Positions 11,489 to 21,513 of a DNA stretch of 64,000 bases are shown here, piece after piece. The notes below the pieces were generated by a model that saw only the letters and a list, made by a program, of their open reading frames with translations, was not told where the DNA came from and did no database searches. A program made the translations under genes and the position numbers. Every line of letters begins with the position of its first letter. Positions within the stretch are counted from its first letter, which is position 1. Location: the NCBI GenBank assembly GCA_943354575.1, contig CALRCL010000001.1, positions 2,934 through 66,933 on the forward strand. Reading direction: 5' to 3'. Source of the stretch: Patescibacteria group bacterium UBA4664. Its GTDB lineage: Bacteria > Patescibacteriota > Saccharimonadia > CAILAD01 > BJGX01.

Positions 11489-11839
11489 CTATTCGATGGC
11501 GCTTTCGATAAATTGTATCTTCTCGTTGCTGCCTACGGCAATGACATCGATCCGTGGCTGTAGCTTTGTATACGCTGGGTTTTCGTAAAGCCAGTACTCG
11601 AAGCCCCTAGCCAGGCGCTTTTTTTTGTCGGCCGATATGGCTCCAAGACCGCCGCCATAATCGTCGCTATTGCGGTATTTTACCTCAATACAGCAGATAT
11701 ACTCGGTATTTTTGGCTATAATATCCAGCTCACTAAAGCGGTTCTTAAAATTGCGTTGTAATATTTCGTATCCATGCCGCACCAAGTATTGGGCGGCCAA
11801 GTCCTCGGCCCGCATACCAACTGCAGTGGTGTTTTTCAT
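11489..11839 (-). CDS. YraN family endonuclease (UPF0102)
   Basis: GxxAEDLAAQYL...ELDIIA...IEVKYR...RIDVIAV; ATGA overlap with the rnhB stop. Confidence 0.9.
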   Translation of the reverse strand: MKNTTAVGMRAEDLAAQYLVRHGYEILQRNFKNRFSELDIIAKNTEYICCIEVKYRNSDDYGGGLGAISADKKKRLARGFEYWLYENPAYTKLQPRIDVIAVGSNEKIQFIESAIE

Positions 11840-12435
11840 AAATAACCTTTGCAAAAACTTTTTCTGTGTAAATCTGTTAACCCTTTTGAAGCTAAACTCT
11901 CCAGGTGTTTCTTGGTGCCATAGCCGACATTAGTATTAAAGCCATAGCCTTCGTACTGCTCGGACTGGCTGATCATATAATGGTCGCGGGCGACTTTTGC
12001 AATAATGCTGGCGGCTGCTACGCAGCTCACTTTTTGATCGGCCTTAACAATGGTCTGACTTATCTCATATTCAGATAGATAGTCGTAATTTCCGTCTATA
12101 ATAATTGAGCTAAACTCACACTTCAAATCTTCTAAGGAACGAAGGTATGCCATCCTTACTGCTTCGGTTAGTCCCAATGCATCTATTTCGGTGTTATCGA
12201 CCCAGCCAATGCCATAACCGACTGAGCTGTCGATAATATATTCCGACAACACTTCTCGCCTAGCAAAAGATAATAATTTGGAATCTTTTAGCGCCTTACG
12301 CCAACCAGATGGCAAAACAACCGCCGCAGCCACAAGTGGCCCGGCCAAGCTGCCGCGACCGACTTCGTCGATACCACAAACAAAGAGTTGCCCGTTTCTC
12401 TTTAGGGAGTTTTCCATGCGCATACTAGCCTTCAA
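11836..12435 (-). CDS. rnhB: Ribonuclease HII
   Basis: GIDEVGRG, DSK, DGN, AAASIIAKVARD, GYGT; TTG start after AAGGAGG. Confidence 0.95.
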   Translation of the reverse strand: MKASMRMENSLKRNGQLFVCGIDEVGRGSLAGPLVAAAVVLPSGWRKALKDSKLLSFARREVLSEYIIDSSVGYGIGWVDNTEIDALGLTEAVRMAYLRSLEDLKCEFSSIIIDGNYDYLSEYEISQTIVKADQKVSCVAAASIIAKVARDHYMISQSEQYEGYGFNTNVGYGTKKHLESLASKGLTDLHRKSFCKGYL

Positions 12436-12489
12436 GCTTGAACCTCCTTTAATGTATGCGATTATACATCTATTTATCGATATAAATAA

Positions 12490-12522
12490 ATTCACCACAG
12501 CCCCTTGGGGGCTGTGGTGAAT
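12490..12522 (-). terminator. Intrinsic terminator hairpin
   Basis: ATTCACCACAGCCCC/GGGGCTGTGGTGAAT inverted repeat just after the 12529 stop. Confidence 0.75.
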
Positions 12523-12528
12523 GGGTAT

Positions 12529-13491
12529 TTAGCTACGACGGAGCTTCGAGATATTTGCCTTAGCCTCTTCAAAAAGGCTCGGCTTGTCGTAATAATGGTG
12601 CGGGATCAAGGTTTGGCGATAGCATTCGTGGGCAATGTCTCGCATTGTCTGGTGACAATCTTCGTAAGACTTAACAATCCTCCAGGGCAAAACCTTGCAA
12701 GCTGGTGGTTCAGAGCTATCGAGCGTCACAGCTACTGGTATAACCCAGCCCTGCATGATGTCCATAGTTCCGTTTTTTAGTGGTTGCATATGAACGCGGT
12801 CTCGCAAGAATATATCCTTGGAGGCGCTTGGAGCAACAGCCAACAAACGACCACCTGGCTTGAGGAACTTACCTAACTCGATTCGAGTCAGCTCGTTAGA
12901 TAATTTTATAAGCTCGGCAGGAAAGTTTTTGCTTCTAACGGATGCTGTAGTCGGAAAGCTAAAAAAAATATTAGCAAAAAGCTGAAGTGCTTCAACGGTG
13001 GGCATATTGATACCCAAATTGCTGAGATCAGCCTTGGTTGTAGCTATACCGCGGCTAATAATTAGCCCACTGCTCTGAGAGAACTCTTCACCACCAATTA
13101 GGGTGGCTAGTTCCAGACGCAAAGCACCGAGGACCAAGGCAATATCAACCACATTGCTATGGTTCGTTACCAAGGTAAAATTCATTCCGCTTCGGAGCAT
13201 TTCGCCTGCGATAAATTGCAACATATCCTGATGCTCTCGCCAGGCAGGAGGTATGACTGCAAAATTACGATGCACAGCTGGTCCTAGCGGCGCCAGCATT
13301 TCATTTGATATCGAGCTGACATTGCAGCGAACCGTAGTTAGCTGATGAAATGGCTTTGATGGGTCGTACGGCATCGGTACGAGTGGACCAACAGCATTTC
13401 TTGAGCCTAGCTCTTCGATGGACCTAAAGATACTGGCTTCATCGTAAGTTCGGAGCTTACTCTTGATCTGTTCTAATCTTGATATAGACAA
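12529..13491 (-). CDS. Putative glycerol-3-phosphate/lysophospholipid acyltransferase-fold protein
   Basis: LVTNHSNVVD (HX4D), LAVAPSASKD and VIPVAV resemble acyltransferase blocks I, III and IV. Confidence 0.55.
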   Translation of the reverse strand: MSISRLEQIKSKLRTYDEASIFRSIEELGSRNAVGPLVPMPYDPSKPFHQLTTVRCNVSSISNEMLAPLGPAVHRNFAVIPPAWREHQDMLQFIAGEMLRSGMNFTLVTNHSNVVDIALVLGALRLELATLIGGEEFSQSSGLIISRGIATTKADLSNLGINMPTVEALQLFANIFFSFPTTASVRSKNFPAELIKLSNELTRIELGKFLKPGGRLLAVAPSASKDIFLRDRVHMQPLKNGTMDIMQGWVIPVAVTLDSSEPPACKVLPWRIVKSYEDCHQTMRDIAHECYRQTLIPHHYYDKPSLFEEAKANISKLRRS

Positions 13492-13566
13492 TTTGAGGAC
13501 TCCCTAGGTTGGCACTATTGAAAGGTACTTTGAAGTCGATATTATAACATATTTTTTAGTATAATA

Positions 13567-13591
13567 AAATAGCCCCTAGGTATGGGGCTAT
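13567..13591 (-). terminator. rplS terminator
   Basis: ATAGCCCC/GGGGCTAT hairpin with T-tract on the minus strand. Confidence 0.6.
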
Positions 13592-13618
13592 AGTCTTTTA
13601 TAATATCTAACTAACCCG

Positions 13619-14266
13619 TTACTTCTGTACTTTATCGACTCCGGCCCTGAACTCTTCAGCAGGCAGCTGGGCTTCATCTTCGCCATCAGTGTTTATTTGT
13701 TCATCGACAGTTTTGTCTTTAGGGGCTTCGTCACCGGTGGCATCATCTTTGCTGGCAAGCTTGTTCTCTTCTTTAGCTAGAGTGTCGGTGCTTTCTTCGA
13801 CTTGGTTGAGCTCGTCAGTGCTTGCTTTGGCGCTATCTTCGGAAGCAATCTCAGCTTGCTCTGCTTCGGCGAGCTGGTCGGGAGTTCTCTCGTCAGACTC
13901 GTTAGCGGTATTTCTATCAAAATCTCGCTCGGCCATCCTGGCAGACTTGCCAGATCGGGATCGCATGTAGCTAAGAACGGCTCGACGAACCTTGCTTCGT
14001 TTAGTGATTTGGATTTTTACAACATTAGGGCTATTGACGAACCAAGTTTTTTCGACACCGACACCTGAAGCAACTTTTCGGACAGTAATAACTGCACCGA
14101 CGCCACCAGAGTTGCGATAGCTAATTACGAGGCCTTCGAATATCTGGACTCGCTCTTTTTTACCTTCCTTGATTCTTTGATGAACACGAACAGTATCGCC
14201 GACGCGGATGTCGGAGATTTTTTTCTTGATAGAACCTTGTTCGATTGCGTTTAGAGCTTCTTGCAT
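13619..14266 (-). CDS. rplS: 50S ribosomal protein L19 with ~100-aa acidic C-terminal extension
   Basis: GDTVRVHQRIKEGKKERVQIFEGLVI, KVRRAVLSYMR. Confidence 0.95.
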   Translation of the reverse strand: MQEALNAIEQGSIKKKISDIRVGDTVRVHQRIKEGKKERVQIFEGLVISYRNSGGVGAVITVRKVASGVGVEKTWFVNSPNVVKIQITKRSKVRRAVLSYMRSRSGKSARMAERDFDRNTANESDERTPDQLAEAEQAEIASEDSAKASTDELNQVEESTDTLAKEENKLASKDDATGDEAPKDKTVDEQINTDGEDEAQLPAEEFRAGVDKVQK

Positions 14267-14336
14267 AACTCAACAATTCTATCACAACTCGCTACATCTG
14301 GCAAGGCATATAAATACTAGCGTGGGCAGGGCTATT

Positions 14337-17300
14337 CTACTTCTGTATAGATGTAGCGACAAGAATATTATGGTCGCCTGCAATTAACTTTAGTTTTTTA
14401 ATTAACTCGTCTGAGATAGTGACACCCTTGGGGAGCTTCAATTTTTGAGCGGTCTTAGTAAAATCCAGAGTAACCATGCTGTCGCCAGAGTTGCTATCTA
14501 GTATGGCCTTAATTTGCATCAACTGCTCGGTGTCAGCGATAGATTCTAGCACAATCGATAAGCTCGATGTTTCTATTTTTGGAACCTCCTTGGGCGGGGC
14601 TAGCCACATGCGAGCTGTGTCGGCATTTAATAATTTAACCTTATCAGCTATTATTTTAAGCTCGTCAGTAGGGTTGCCGTCTCGGTCTTTGGCGTTTATT
14701 TTGCCCTCTATTTCAACAACGTTATCTGTAGCGATGTCTTGTTCGTATTTAACAAAAGTTTTTGGAAAAACAATAACTTCGATGTCGCCGCTAACTGTTT
14801 CGATAGCTACAAAAGCCATGGGGTCATTTTTGCGGGTGTATATTTTTCGCATTGAAGTGATGATGCCGCCTATCACAATCGACCTGCCATCATCAGATTT
14901 TTTATAATCAGCTATTGATTGGGTTTTGTTTTTGAAGTAGTTCCTGAAGTCGTCGAGCGGGTGGTTACTAACATACAATCCTAAAAGCTCTTTCTCCCAG
15001 ACTAAACTTTGGCGAGGGTCAATCTTGCCTGTCGGATTATCCATACTGATTGGGGGTATTTCTTGATCGGCGCTAAGAGATCCAAAAATATCAATCTGAC
15101 CCGACAGGGCGTTTTTCTGAACCCTGCTGGCATAGGAGGTAATCTTGTCAGCATTAAATAGTAGCTTGTGTCGATCGCCCAGGCTATCAAAAGCTCCGCA
15201 CTTTATAAGGCTCTCCATGACTTTTTTATTGACCACTGCCGCATCGACTCGCTTGGCAAAATCTTCAACAGATTTGAATGGATCCCCGGCCCTAGCCTCA
15301 ATAATCTTTTCGATTGGACCTTGACCAACATTTTTGACAGCCCCAAGGCCAAACCTAATATTGCCAGTTTCTGGCACAACCGCAAACTCTTTATAGGACT
15401 CGTTGATATCGGGTGGCAAAACCTCAATCCCCAGCTTGCGGCACTCGGCCACCTCGATTGCGATTCGATCTAGATTCTCATGGTCGCTTGTTAATAATGC
15501 TGCCATGTAGGCCGAGGGGTAGTGGCTTTTGAGGTAAGCGGTCTGGACGGCAATTAGGGCATAACAGGCGGCATGTGATTTATTAAAACTATAGGCCGCA
15601 AAATCTTCAAGACTGACCCATAGGTCCTCGATAAACTTCTTGTCTACTTTTGAGTTCTTGATAGCCCCACCAATAAACTCTTTCTTCATTTTAGCCAATA
15701 CCTCGGGAATCTTCTTGGCGATACCCTTCCTCAGGGTGTCGGCCTGACCGCCACTAAACCCACACAAATCTTTGGCTATTTGCATCACCTGCTCTTGATA
15801 GACAATAATACCGTAGGTTTCCTTGAGAGCAGATTCCATTTTAGTATGACCATAGACTACAAGGCTCGGATTATGTTTGCGATTTATAAACTCTTCGATC
15901 CACTGCATTGGTCCTGGACGATACAATGACACCATCGCAATAATGTCTTCAAACTTGTCGGGCTTGAGGTCTTTGAGGTAGCGCTTCATACCAGCCGACT
16001 CTAGCTGAAATACTCCGGTAGTATCGCCACGGCTGAGTAGCTCGAAAGTCTTTTTGTCGTCAATTGGGATTTGATTTATCTGGATATCTTTTTTGTAAAC
16101 TTTTTTAATTATTCTTAGGGCATTTTTTAATACTGTAAGATTCGATAAGCCCAAAAAATCAAATTTTAAAAGTCCTAGGTCTTCGATGGGGTTCATCGAG
16201 TATTGAGTTGCAATACCACCTTTGCTGGCTCTAGTGAGTGGAGTGTATTCGACCAATGGTTCTGGAGCTATCACCACACCAGCGGCATGAGTACCAGCAT
16301 TTCTGATTGTACCTTCGAGCTGGATTGCGATATCGATAATTTCTTTAGCCTTAGAGTTGCCAGTGTAGATCGATTTTAACTCTGGGCTTTCAATGATAGA
16401 AACTGTCAGTGGTATGTGCCGACCCTGAACTGGTGGAGGAATGTTCTTGGCTATCGCATCGACCTCGCCATAAGGCACACCTAAAACCCGGCCGGTATCT
16501 CGGACGGCGTTGCGGGCGGCCATTACTCCGAAAGTAATAATCTGGGCTACCCTGTCTTGTCCGTACTTTTCGGTGGCATAAGCTATTACTTCTTCACGGC
16601 GGTCATCGGCATAGTCCATATCGATATCTGGCATACTGATTCGATCTGGGTTCAGAAACCGCTCAAAGAGTAGCCCGAATCTGATGGGGTCAATTTCGGT
16701 AATGTTAGTACAGTAAGCAATAATACTACCCGCGGCGCTACCGCGGCCGGGGCCACAGACGATTCCCTGATTCTTGCTCCAATTGATGAGGTCGGCCACT
16801 ATTAGCATATAGCCCTCATACCCCATTTGGCCAATAATAGTTAGTTCGTATTCTATCCTATCGATTATTTTTTTATCGAGCTTAGGTTTGACCTTGGCTT
16901 CTGTAATTTTATCGAGGTCTTCTTTCGGAATATCCAAGTACCGATTTGCGGCTCCTATGTAAACCAGCTTTCGAAGATAGCTTTTTTCGGTGTCGCCCTT
17001 GGGAACACTTGGAAATCGTGGTATTAGTATCTTTCCGAGCTCAATCTCGAGGTTGCACATTTTCGCAATCTTGATGGTATTTGTGATGGCCTCTGGCGTG
17101 TCTTTGAACCTCTCCATAAAGACCTTGCCTGGCTGCATCGAAAGGTCCATATCTAGTTTCATCCTATTGGTATCATCGACATTGGAGCCTGTCTGGACAC
17201 ATAGCAAAATATCGTGAGGGTAGTGATCGGCTTCGGTCGAATAGTGGCAATCGCCGGTTACTACAAGCCCGATGTCGAGACGTTTCGATATCTTCTTTAG

Positions 17301-17933
17301 TGCGGAGTTGAGTTTTTTTTGGGGTGCCCACTGCGTGTGCGGTTGCATTTCCAGATAATAATTTTCCTTACCAAAAACACCCTTGTACCACTTAGCCAAA
17401 TCTAAAGCTTGTTCGAACTGGTCGTTACTAATGAGCGTGCCAAGCTCCCCTCCCAAACAGCCAGACAAAACGACCAGGCCATCGCTATACTGCTCGAGCA
17501 GATCGTGATCGACACGAGGCTTATAATAAAAGCCCTCCAGGCTGGCAATGGTGCTGAGCTTCATCAGGTTTTGGTAGCCCTGCTTGTTTTTAGCAAGCAG
17601 AGTGAGGTGAAATGGGCTACGGTCCTCGGACGAGCTTTTGTCGGTATGCTTGCGTGGCGCTACATAGGTTTCGATACCGACAATCGGCTTAATACCGCGT
17701 GCCGTGCAGGCTTTATAAAACTCAATGCTGCCACTTAGGGTACCGTGGTCTGTGATGGCAACTGAAGTCTGCCCCATTTCGATAACTCTGTCGAGCATCT
17801 GGGGAACCTTTTGCAAGCCATCGAGCAAACTGTAGTGCGTATGGTTGTGCAGGTGCACGAAATCGACAAAATCTGCCTCCTTTCGAGCCTGCATGGCTGT
17901 TTCGTTGTCTGATATTTTAGCCTCACCTGGCAT
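14337..17933 (-). CDS. dnaE: DNA polymerase III alpha subunit
   Basis: PHP domain HLHNHTHYSLLDG, GRGSAAGS, PDIDMD, FNKSH, OB fold. Confidence 0.97.
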   Translation of the reverse strand: MPGEAKISDNETAMQARKEADFVDFVHLHNHTHYSLLDGLQKVPQMLDRVIEMGQTSVAITDHGTLSGSIEFYKACTARGIKPIVGIETYVAPRKHTDKSSSEDRSPFHLTLLAKNKQGYQNLMKLSTIASLEGFYYKPRVDHDLLEQYSDGLVVLSGCLGGELGTLISNDQFEQALDLAKWYKGVFGKENYYLEMQPHTQWAPQKKLNSALKKISKRLDIGLVVTGDCHYSTEADHYPHDILLCVQTGSNVDDTNRMKLDMDLSMQPGKVFMERFKDTPEAITNTIKIAKMCNLEIELGKILIPRFPSVPKGDTEKSYLRKLVYIGAANRYLDIPKEDLDKITEAKVKPKLDKKIIDRIEYELTIIGQMGYEGYMLIVADLINWSKNQGIVCGPGRGSAAGSIIAYCTNITEIDPIRFGLLFERFLNPDRISMPDIDMDYADDRREEVIAYATEKYGQDRVAQIITFGVMAARNAVRDTGRVLGVPYGEVDAIAKNIPPPVQGRHIPLTVSIIESPELKSIYTGNSKAKEIIDIAIQLEGTIRNAGTHAAGVVIAPEPLVEYTPLTRASKGGIATQYSMNPIEDLGLLKFDFLGLSNLTVLKNALRIIKKVYKKDIQINQIPIDDKKTFELLSRGDTTGVFQLESAGMKRYLKDLKPDKFEDIIAMVSLYRPGPMQWIEEFINRKHNPSLVVYGHTKMESALKETYGIIVYQEQVMQIAKDLCGFSGGQADTLRKGIAKKIPEVLAKMKKEFIGGAIKNSKVDKKFIEDLWVSLEDFAAYSFNKSHAACYALIAVQTAYLKSHYPSAYMAALLTSDHENLDRIAIEVAECRKLGIEVLPPDINESYKEFAVVPETGNIRFGLGAVKNVGQGPIEKIIEARAGDPFKSVEDFAKRVDAAVVNKKVMESLIKCGAFDSLGDRHKLLFNADKITSYASRVQKNALSGQIDIFGSLSADQEIPPISMDNPTGKIDPRQSLVWEKELLGLYVSNHPLDDFRNYFKNKTQSIADYKKSDDGRSIVIGGIITSMRKIYTRKNDPMAFVAIETVSGDIEVIVFPKTFVKYEQDIATDNVVEIEGKINAKDRDGNPTDELKIIADKVKLLNADTARMWLAPPKEVPKIETSSLSIVLESIADTEQLMQIKAILDSNSGDSMVTLDFTKTAQKLKLPKGVTISDELIKKLKLIAGDHNILVATSIQK

Positions 17934-17974
17934 ACTGCCCCTCCTATGCCTCTATTATAGCAAGATTATTTGGC

Positions 17975-18223
17975 CTATTTAACGGCACTTCCGATCTGTT
18001 TTATAAAGTCACCTATTACTGGAACTCCGCCGAGCTTAGAAACCAAAAAGCCAATTAAGATAATTGCCAATGCTGCGCCGAGTATGCCCGCAAAACCCCT
18101 AACGAAACCAGCTTTGAAATTTAGCCAAAATAGTTTCTTGGGGTTGGCTAGTATTTCCATGATTCCATCGAGTGAAACGATTTTTTCGGCTTTGATTGAT
18201 TGGGTTTTGGATTTATCTGACAT
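17975..18223 (-). CDS. Small membrane protein (DUF5665-like)
   Basis: NFKAGFVRGFAGILGA...VPVIGDFI pattern. Confidence 0.6.
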   Translation of the reverse strand: MSDKSKTQSIKAEKIVSLDGIMEILANPKKLFWLNFKAGFVRGFAGILGAALAIILIGFLVSKLGGVPVIGDFIKQIGSAVK

Positions 18224-18226
18224 CGA

Positions 18227-18745
18227 CTACTTGTCTTTTTTTAATGATTTTAGGTCTTTTTTTATTTCAGTCGAAGCGACCTTGGCTACCTTGTCGCCAG
18301 ACTCGGCAGCTTTTTTGGCGAACTCCTTGGTGTCCTTTAGCGCTCCGGTCTTGTAGCTATTGAGCTCTACCACCAATACTTTGCCGTCTTGTATCATTTT
18401 GTCGGTTTCATGGGCAGCCACCCTAGTAACTTTTTTGCCAGACTTGCCGAATTCGGCACTTTTAGTGGTCAATGCCAGCTTCAAATCTTCGGCTTGGTTA
18501 ATTAGCTCAAGTCTTTTATCTTTATCATTGCCTGTCAGGATATCGATATCTATTTTGGCTTGCTTAATTTTGGCATCAAGATCGGTACTAACCTCATGAG
18601 CCTTGATGGCGATGTCTTCGCGCAGCTCTTTGCCAGCCTTAGGTGCAAACAACAAAGCCAGTCCTCCTGCTATGGCAGCACCTACAGCAGCTCCTGTAAT
18701 AAAACCTCTTCCTCTGGCCATCTTAGCGCTTGCCTTTTTTGCCAA
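18227..18745 (-). CDS. YtxH-like protein
   Basis: GAAVGAAIAGGLALLFAPKAGKELR followed by a coiled coil. Confidence 0.8.
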   Translation of the reverse strand: MAKKASAKMARGRGFITGAAVGAAIAGGLALLFAPKAGKELREDIAIKAHEVSTDLDAKIKQAKIDIDILTGNDKDKRLELINQAEDLKLALTTKSAEFGKSGKKVTRVAAHETDKMIQDGKVLVVELNSYKTGALKDTKEFAKKAAESGDKVAKVASTEIKKDLKSLKKDK

Positions 18746-18983
18746 AGTGGCGCTTCAGGTATTTTTCAAACATCATCGCGACTATGCCGGGGTTAATGAC
18801 AGCACTCCTGACCTCATCGACCAATTCGGCAGCTGAGTCGGCACTCTCCTGAACCTTTGTGGCAGCCAAGCGAATTTGTTTCATCGCTGTAATTAAGCCC
18901 ACCAAGAATACTACCGTGAAGGTTATTAGTATAATTAAGGCTATCGACACTAGAGTTATAAGAACTATAAGTAATGTTTCCAT
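18723..18983 (-). CDS. Small single-TM protein
   Basis: N-terminal hydrophobic helix plus coiled coil, operonic position. Confidence 0.7.
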   Translation of the reverse strand: METLLIVLITLVSIALIILITFTVVFLVGLITAMKQIRLAATKVQESADSAAELVDEVRSAVINPGIVAMMFEKYLKRHFGKKGKR

Positions 18984-18990
18984 TATTGGG

Positions 18991-19623
18991 TCACCCTTTC
19001 TTCTTTATTGAGCTAACTTTGCTCTTTATTGCGCTAGCTTTATTAATTATAGCACTTTGGCCCTTAGGCATTTGTGAAAAGACATGCCGCTCTATAACTA
19101 CCCACTCGTTTTTTTCTATAACACTATTTGGCACCACATGAAGCTGGCCATCTTCGCCCTGGATGCGAGTTTTTTTGATGTCCATTTCTCTTATCACTCC
19201 AATTGTCTTATGGTCTCCAACCTTGACCTTATAGCCAACCCTGAAGTCTTTGTCGTTGGCAAGCTGCAATCCAGCCATTAGGTCGCTAACTGTCGATGAT
19301 ATGCCAGACGAAAAGCCCAATAGCAAAATAGCGAACGAGCCGGTAACTGCCAGAGCAACACTAGTTAGGCCGAGTATTTGCAACACGGCAATCAGTAGTA
19401 GTCCCCACATAGCAATCCGTAGTAGTGTAGCCATTATCTCCTGGAGTCCAATCGGCCAGCGCGTCAGCCGTAGGGTGACTTTTAAAAAGCGCGATATTAT
19501 TTTAATAATGACAAAGCCTATGAGCAGTGCTACTAGAGCAGCTGGTATTTTTGGTAGTATCTGGGTAGCAGATACTGTTGCGTTATTGAAGCCTGCCAGT
19601 ACGTCGGATTGTAAATTTTGCAT
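18991..19623 (-). CDS. Small-conductance mechanosensitive channel family protein
   Basis: TM helices, DFRVGYKVKVG...G.IREMDIKKTRI...VVPNS. Confidence 0.85.
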   Translation of the reverse strand: MQNLQSDVLAGFNNATVSATQILPKIPAALVALLIGFVIIKIISRFLKVTLRLTRWPIGLQEIMATLLRIAMWGLLLIAVLQILGLTSVALAVTGSFAILLLGFSSGISSTVSDLMAGLQLANDKDFRVGYKVKVGDHKTIGVIREMDIKKTRIQGEDGQLHVVPNSVIEKNEWVVIERHVFSQMPKGQSAIINKASAIKSKVSSIKKKG

Positions 19624-19628
19624 TTATA

Positions 19629-21050
19629 TTACTCCTTTAGTAATTTAATCATAAGCTGGTTGACTTTAGAAGGGTTGGCTTGGCCTTTGGTCTGTTTCAT
19701 GACTTCGCCTACAAAGAATCCAAGCACTCGAGCATTGCCAGAGCGATAGTCATCAACGGGTTTAGGGTTATCTAATATTATTTTTTTGATGATGTTCTCG
19801 AGCTCAGAATCGTCAGAAACTTGCTTTAGCCCTTTTTGCGCCACAATGTCGCTAGGCTTGGCGCCCGCTACAATATCAGCAAAAATAGACTTGGCTATTT
19901 TGGAGCTAATGACGCCGCTTTCGACGAGCTCTATTAGCTCCGCCAGCCGCTCACCGGTTAGATGTGGCTTTTTGTTGGTGGCAAGGATAGACTGATAATC
20001 GCCGACCAGCCAATTGACAGCTTTTTTGATTAGCTCGGGTTTTTTGAGAGCACTCTCGGCATCTTTAAATATCGCAATTGTTGCAGGCTGAGCCAACAAC
20101 ACATCTTGTTCGTCGGCATTGAGGTTGAGATTGACGAGATCCTTTCGAACATCGATTGGCAAAACCGTTATTTGACTCTGGACTTGGTCGATATAACTTT
20201 GGCTTAAGGTAATTGGAGGAAGGTCTGGCTCTGGGAAATAGCGGTAGTCGTTGGCCTGCTCCTTGCTACGCTGAGAAAAAGTCACGGCCTTGGTGTCGTT
20301 CCAGCCCCTAGTTTCTTGCTCTATCACTCCACCCGACTCGAGCACCGCTATCTGGCGAGCTATCTCATAGTTTAGGGCTCTTTCGGCATTGCGAAAGGAA
20401 TTGAGGTTTTTGAGTTCGGTTCTGGTGCCGAGTGTTGAGCTATCGCTAATGGAGACATTCAGATCGAACTTAAAGTTGCCGTGCTCCATATCGCCATTAC
20501 ATACACCGAGGCTAGTAACGATATTATAGACTTCCTGCAAGTACCGCTTGGCCTGCTCGGTACTTTTAATATCTGGCTCCGATACAATCTCAGTTAGTGG
20601 GGTTCCGGCTCTGTTAAAATCGACTAGGCTGTAATCAGCTCCATCGGGGTGAGTTAGTTTGCCAGCGTCTTCCTCGAGGTGAGCATGATGAATACCAATT
20701 TTTTTGAATTCCCCGCCTACAAGTATTTCGACATAGCCGTTTTTAATAATCGGCTGATCCATTTGGGTTATCTGGTAGCCCTTGGGCGAGTCCGGATAAA
20801 AGTAATTTTTTCGGTCGAAGCTAGTGGTGCGGGCTACTTCGGCATTAAAACCTTTGGCGAGTTTGATGGCCATATCGATGGCTCCTTTGTTGATTACCGG
20901 CAAGGTGCCAGGCAGAGCCAAACAGACCGGGCAGATGTTGGTGTTGGGCAATGCGTCGCGACTGTCATTATTACACCCACAAAACATTTTGCTATTTGTG
21001 GCGAGCTGGGCGTGTATTTCGATACCGATGGTTGGTTTGTATTGACTCAT
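19629..21050 (-). CDS. gatB: Asp/Glu-tRNA amidotransferase subunit B
   Basis: IGIEIHAQL, FDRKNYFYPD, DYRYFPEPDLPP. Confidence 0.97.
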   Translation of the reverse strand: MSQYKPTIGIEIHAQLATNSKMFCGCNNDSRDALPNTNICPVCLALPGTLPVINKGAIDMAIKLAKGFNAEVARTTSFDRKNYFYPDSPKGYQITQMDQPIIKNGYVEILVGGEFKKIGIHHAHLEEDAGKLTHPDGADYSLVDFNRAGTPLTEIVSEPDIKSTEQAKRYLQEVYNIVTSLGVCNGDMEHGNFKFDLNVSISDSSTLGTRTELKNLNSFRNAERALNYEIARQIAVLESGGVIEQETRGWNDTKAVTFSQRSKEQANDYRYFPEPDLPPITLSQSYIDQVQSQITVLPIDVRKDLVNLNLNADEQDVLLAQPATIAIFKDAESALKKPELIKKAVNWLVGDYQSILATNKKPHLTGERLAELIELVESGVISSKIAKSIFADIVAGAKPSDIVAQKGLKQVSDDSELENIIKKIILDNPKPVDDYRSGNARVLGFFVGEVMKQTKGQANPSKVNQLMIKLLKE

Positions 21051-21051
21051 A

Positions 21052-21513
21052 TCAGATAGTTACTCCTAATTCTCGGATTGCATTGCCTAGGCTGGTTATC
21101 GCCTGCTCGACCTGGGCGGGCACCAAATCGTGCTCGACATTATGGGCCAGCTCGTTGCGCAGCTTGTGGGCGTTCCAGACGGCATTGATATTGCTAAACT
21201 GCTGGCCACCACTCTTGAGCCGCTCGCCCATGGTTTCGCCCTTGAAGCTATTGCCGACCATGCAATAATCTAGCAGCTTATCGGCCTCGAAGAGGGCTGT
21301 TTTAAGACCCGATGGGCCTGAGTTTTTCATGGCGGTTATTTCTGCCCACTTGGACTGCACCAAGCCGACATTAAAAGCACTTGGCTGATCATCACTATTG
21401 GCACTAGTTTTATACTGCTTACGAATTGGTTTGGCTTTTTGTTTGAGCGTGAGCGATATTAGTATTGTCATAACTACTAGGGCAATAAGAAACGAAATGG
21501 TAGAGATGTTCAT
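21052..21513 (-). CDS. Hypothetical membrane-anchored protein within gatCAB
   Basis: N-terminal TM; EADKLLD...GETMGERLK...AHKLRNELAH; overlaps the gatA stop. Confidence 0.8.
   Translation of the reverse strand: MNISTISFLIALVVMTILISLTLKQKAKPIRKQYKTSANSDDQPSAFNVGLVQSKWAEITAMKNSGPSGLKTALFEADKLLDYCMVGNSFKGETMGERLKSGGQQFSNINAVWNAHKLRNELAHNVEHDLVPAQVEQAITSLGNAIRELGVTI

Noticed and set aside
14337-17933. Intein in DnaE
   Set aside because: Length is normal and no splicing motifs were seen
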